A program made the translations under genes and the position numbers. Positions 61,513 to 64,000 of a DNA stretch of 64,000 nucleotides are shown in pieces; the first letter of the stretch is position 1; every line of letters starts with the position of its first letter. The notes under the pieces were generated by a model, which searched no databases, had not been told where the DNA came from, and saw only the letters and a program-made list of their open reading frames with translations. The DNA comes from Takakia lepidozioides (lineage: Eukaryota; Plantae; Bryophyta). The stretch is taken from positions 13,268,001 to 13,332,000 of the forward strand of contig CM060731.1 of NCBI GenBank assembly GCA_030704615.1. The letters run 5' to 3'.

Positions 61513-64000
61513 CTCAATCTAAACTGGGTCCTGTCTACAACAAAAAGGAGATACAAATGACATCTTCCCTGATGTTGTAAGGCACATAGACAGCATTAAA
61601 AGTCAAGAGACATCCTGCTCCGTCTTCTTGCTATTCTTTATCTCAGTCATGGTCCAACTCCGGTGGGCGCTAATCTCCTCACCCATCTTCAGACCCTGCG
61701 GAGCAGCACCTACATCGAACCCCATGCCTGCACTCAACAAACAGTGAACTCACAATAGTTGGCGCATTTCAGGGTGTAACTGGAGTCCACCTCGCCTGAA
61801 GAAGAGTATCACAATGTTACACCACAATGTACTGCATACTCTTAAGCGAAAGCACTTGGGGGCTTAAGAGCGAACTTCATGATGCTGCGTGTGCAACAAA
61901 AAGCCTACACTTCAGAGTTCTACATATGGATGAACATACAGCTCCAAAATCCTCCTTCCGATATCTTTGTGGATTGTCAGTCAGATCCGTGGCCCGCAAG
62001 ATGGCAGTGCGATCCCCGGCACAGAGACTGTGCAATCGGTTCGTTCTCAGGTTCCTAATGTGTTCTCGAAAGAAAAGGCCTCTCGGTGTATGCAGGACGC
62101 AAATAAATCCCCTATCGTCAGCATAACAGTCCTAACAGTGTGGGCGAGCAAACCAGCTTGTCAGCGCTCTTCATATTTTTCTTGTCCTGTCAACAACTAC
62201 TGGTGAAGAATTGTGATGTTTGACATGATTCTGCTGGCCCCCCGCTGGCCCTGCGTTGTCCAAGCACACTGTACTTGGTGCTCATTGATGAAATGCGCAG
62301 CATGCAACGTCAGCTAGGTTCAACTGATCAGTCAAGACTCGCTTGCGTGCGATCAGGTGTAGATTGCACAGCCAACTTAGACACAGATACTTACTAGTAC
62401 CGACCATCGTGGATATGAAAGTATATCATGCCCAGTGTGTTTGAACCCATCAACTTCTGCTAGCCTGATTTGATGATACATGTGAACTCCCAAATAAAAG
62501 CAAAAAAAGTACTCATCGTTACGAATAAGTAGCTCATGAGTCTGCCTTGGTGCTGCAAGGAACTGACAAGCAGGAGGCGCCTCAATTCGTAGGAATGCCA
62601 GCCCCACCGGTGATAACTTCAGTCTAACCAAGCACCCTGCAGCGATCTGATCAAAGGTAGGAAAAGTTTCTATGGTGAGCTACTGGTCTCGCTACTGGTG
62701 TTTCAGGATGATGAGTTTGCAAGTAGCACCGTGATATCAGAGTCTCGAGCGCAGCACGCTACGCTCGAGACTACAACATCATGGTGTTCTCGAAGCTGAT
62801 TATCAAGCATGCAGAGTAACGGTATTGATGCTGATGATTTTAAGAATTTACTATATATGGCAAGTTTCTCCCCTCTCCCGAGACTCTCTATGTACCGTGA
62901 CGTCCCCAGCTCAGCTACATAATACTTCTCCTGGCCAGTAATCTTTACTTTGCTTCAACTTGAGGTGAGGAGACATATGGTGGCGTGTGTGTACTGCGCA
63001 CTGATGGAGCCTACACCGAAACTTCTTTACAAGTCAACAGCTAAGCGCAACACACCAAAATATAGGTGGCTGAAGAGGTTCATGGAAGAAAATGGGCTTG
63101 ATGAGAGTGACATCTACGCCCTAAGGCCCAGAGATGGCGCTGCGAAGCGGACGATTCTTCATAAAGAAATTTGGATTCTTTGTCACAATTCTTGGAGAGG
63201 AAAAACTTGCTGTGAACAACGGCTCTGCAGACGAAGACCTGAATTGTTCCATCGAGATGCACGAATTCAGTCAGAGGCAAAGGCAAACAACATTTGAAGA
63301 TCGCGTGTACCAATTCCCTCCAAAACTAAGTGGGGTTCATTTCGAACACTTGGGCGGCCCCATTCGACACTGTACTGAGGTGTTTGGGGCGTTGTGGGTT
63401 CTATCTTTTTCTCACCCTTTTGGTAACAGATTTTGGCTTCTTTATTTAGAAACGCTGGTATGGGATTAAGGCATAAGAACAATCCTAACTGGAGACACTG
63501 TAGGTCGATTAGGAATGAGAAACTTAAATCTCAGATGGTGTTTAGTACTCTTAAGCGCAAGCACTGATGATTGTTAGGATTCTCTTGATTCTCTTGTTAG
63601 GATTGCATTGTTGGGTGCTGCCTTGCCCCTGCTCTTCCTTACTGATTTGGCTCTCGCTGCCTCTACTGTGTTTGCCATCCTTTCCTAGCTCCTTTTCCTG
63701 ATTACTTGGATATAGGCAGTGTCCCTGTTGTAAGCCTTCAAAGCGTCTGTGTGGTTATTTTCTCCAAGCGCCTGTCCCCTGGGAAAAAAAATAAAAAATA
63801 AAATGTAAAAGCAGTGTTATAATGCTTCAAAATCTCTTGAATATCTTGTGTATCTTCATTGTGAAGACTTGATGTTCAATTTGGCTCCTTGGCTAGCATA
63901 TATCATACATCAATTTGCAATCTGGTATTGGATTGAATAAAATTTATTCGCATGGATATTACTATGGTGGTACTGCACAGGAGGTCACACTAGATAGACA

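Noticed and set aside
59300-63500. Exon-like stretches and short ORFs (e.g. 62950-63297; minus-strand open stretches near 61600-62150)
   Set aside because: No recognisable domain or consistent splice chain. They may be gene relics but cannot be supported from sequence alone.

Overview
Transposon-rich eukaryotic genomic DNA from a land plant, probably a non-seed plant such as a bryophyte (inferred from the PLS-type PPR motifs, the plant core alpha-1,3-fucosyltransferase and the TE repertoire). The only clearly intact host gene is a 7-exon glycoprotein alpha-1,3-fucosyltransferase (minus strand, 26355-21277). The rest is mostly nested, decaying mobile DNA. It includes a PPR pseudogene, a gag/protease retroelement carrying a DNMT3/DRM-like cytosine-5 methyltransferase (broken by an internal inversion and a hAT MITE), CACTA remnants, a piggyBac element and a Ty1/Copia element. 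An ~18 kb CACTA-bounded block carries RPS3A and FCP1-like phosphatase fragments. Nested in that block is the most unusual feature, an ~11.2 kb Mutator-like element (imperfect TIRs, ~12-13 bp TSD). It holds a GCM-like/DDE/SWIM transposase and a divergently oriented, spliced gene that fuses a ParB/Srx-like domain to a beta-class N6A/N4C DNA-methyltransferase-like domain. About 11 copies of a 20-bp palindrome (GAATGKCGTYAACGMCATTC) lie inside that gene, essentially in introns. All calls come from motif reading by eye; no database searches were run.
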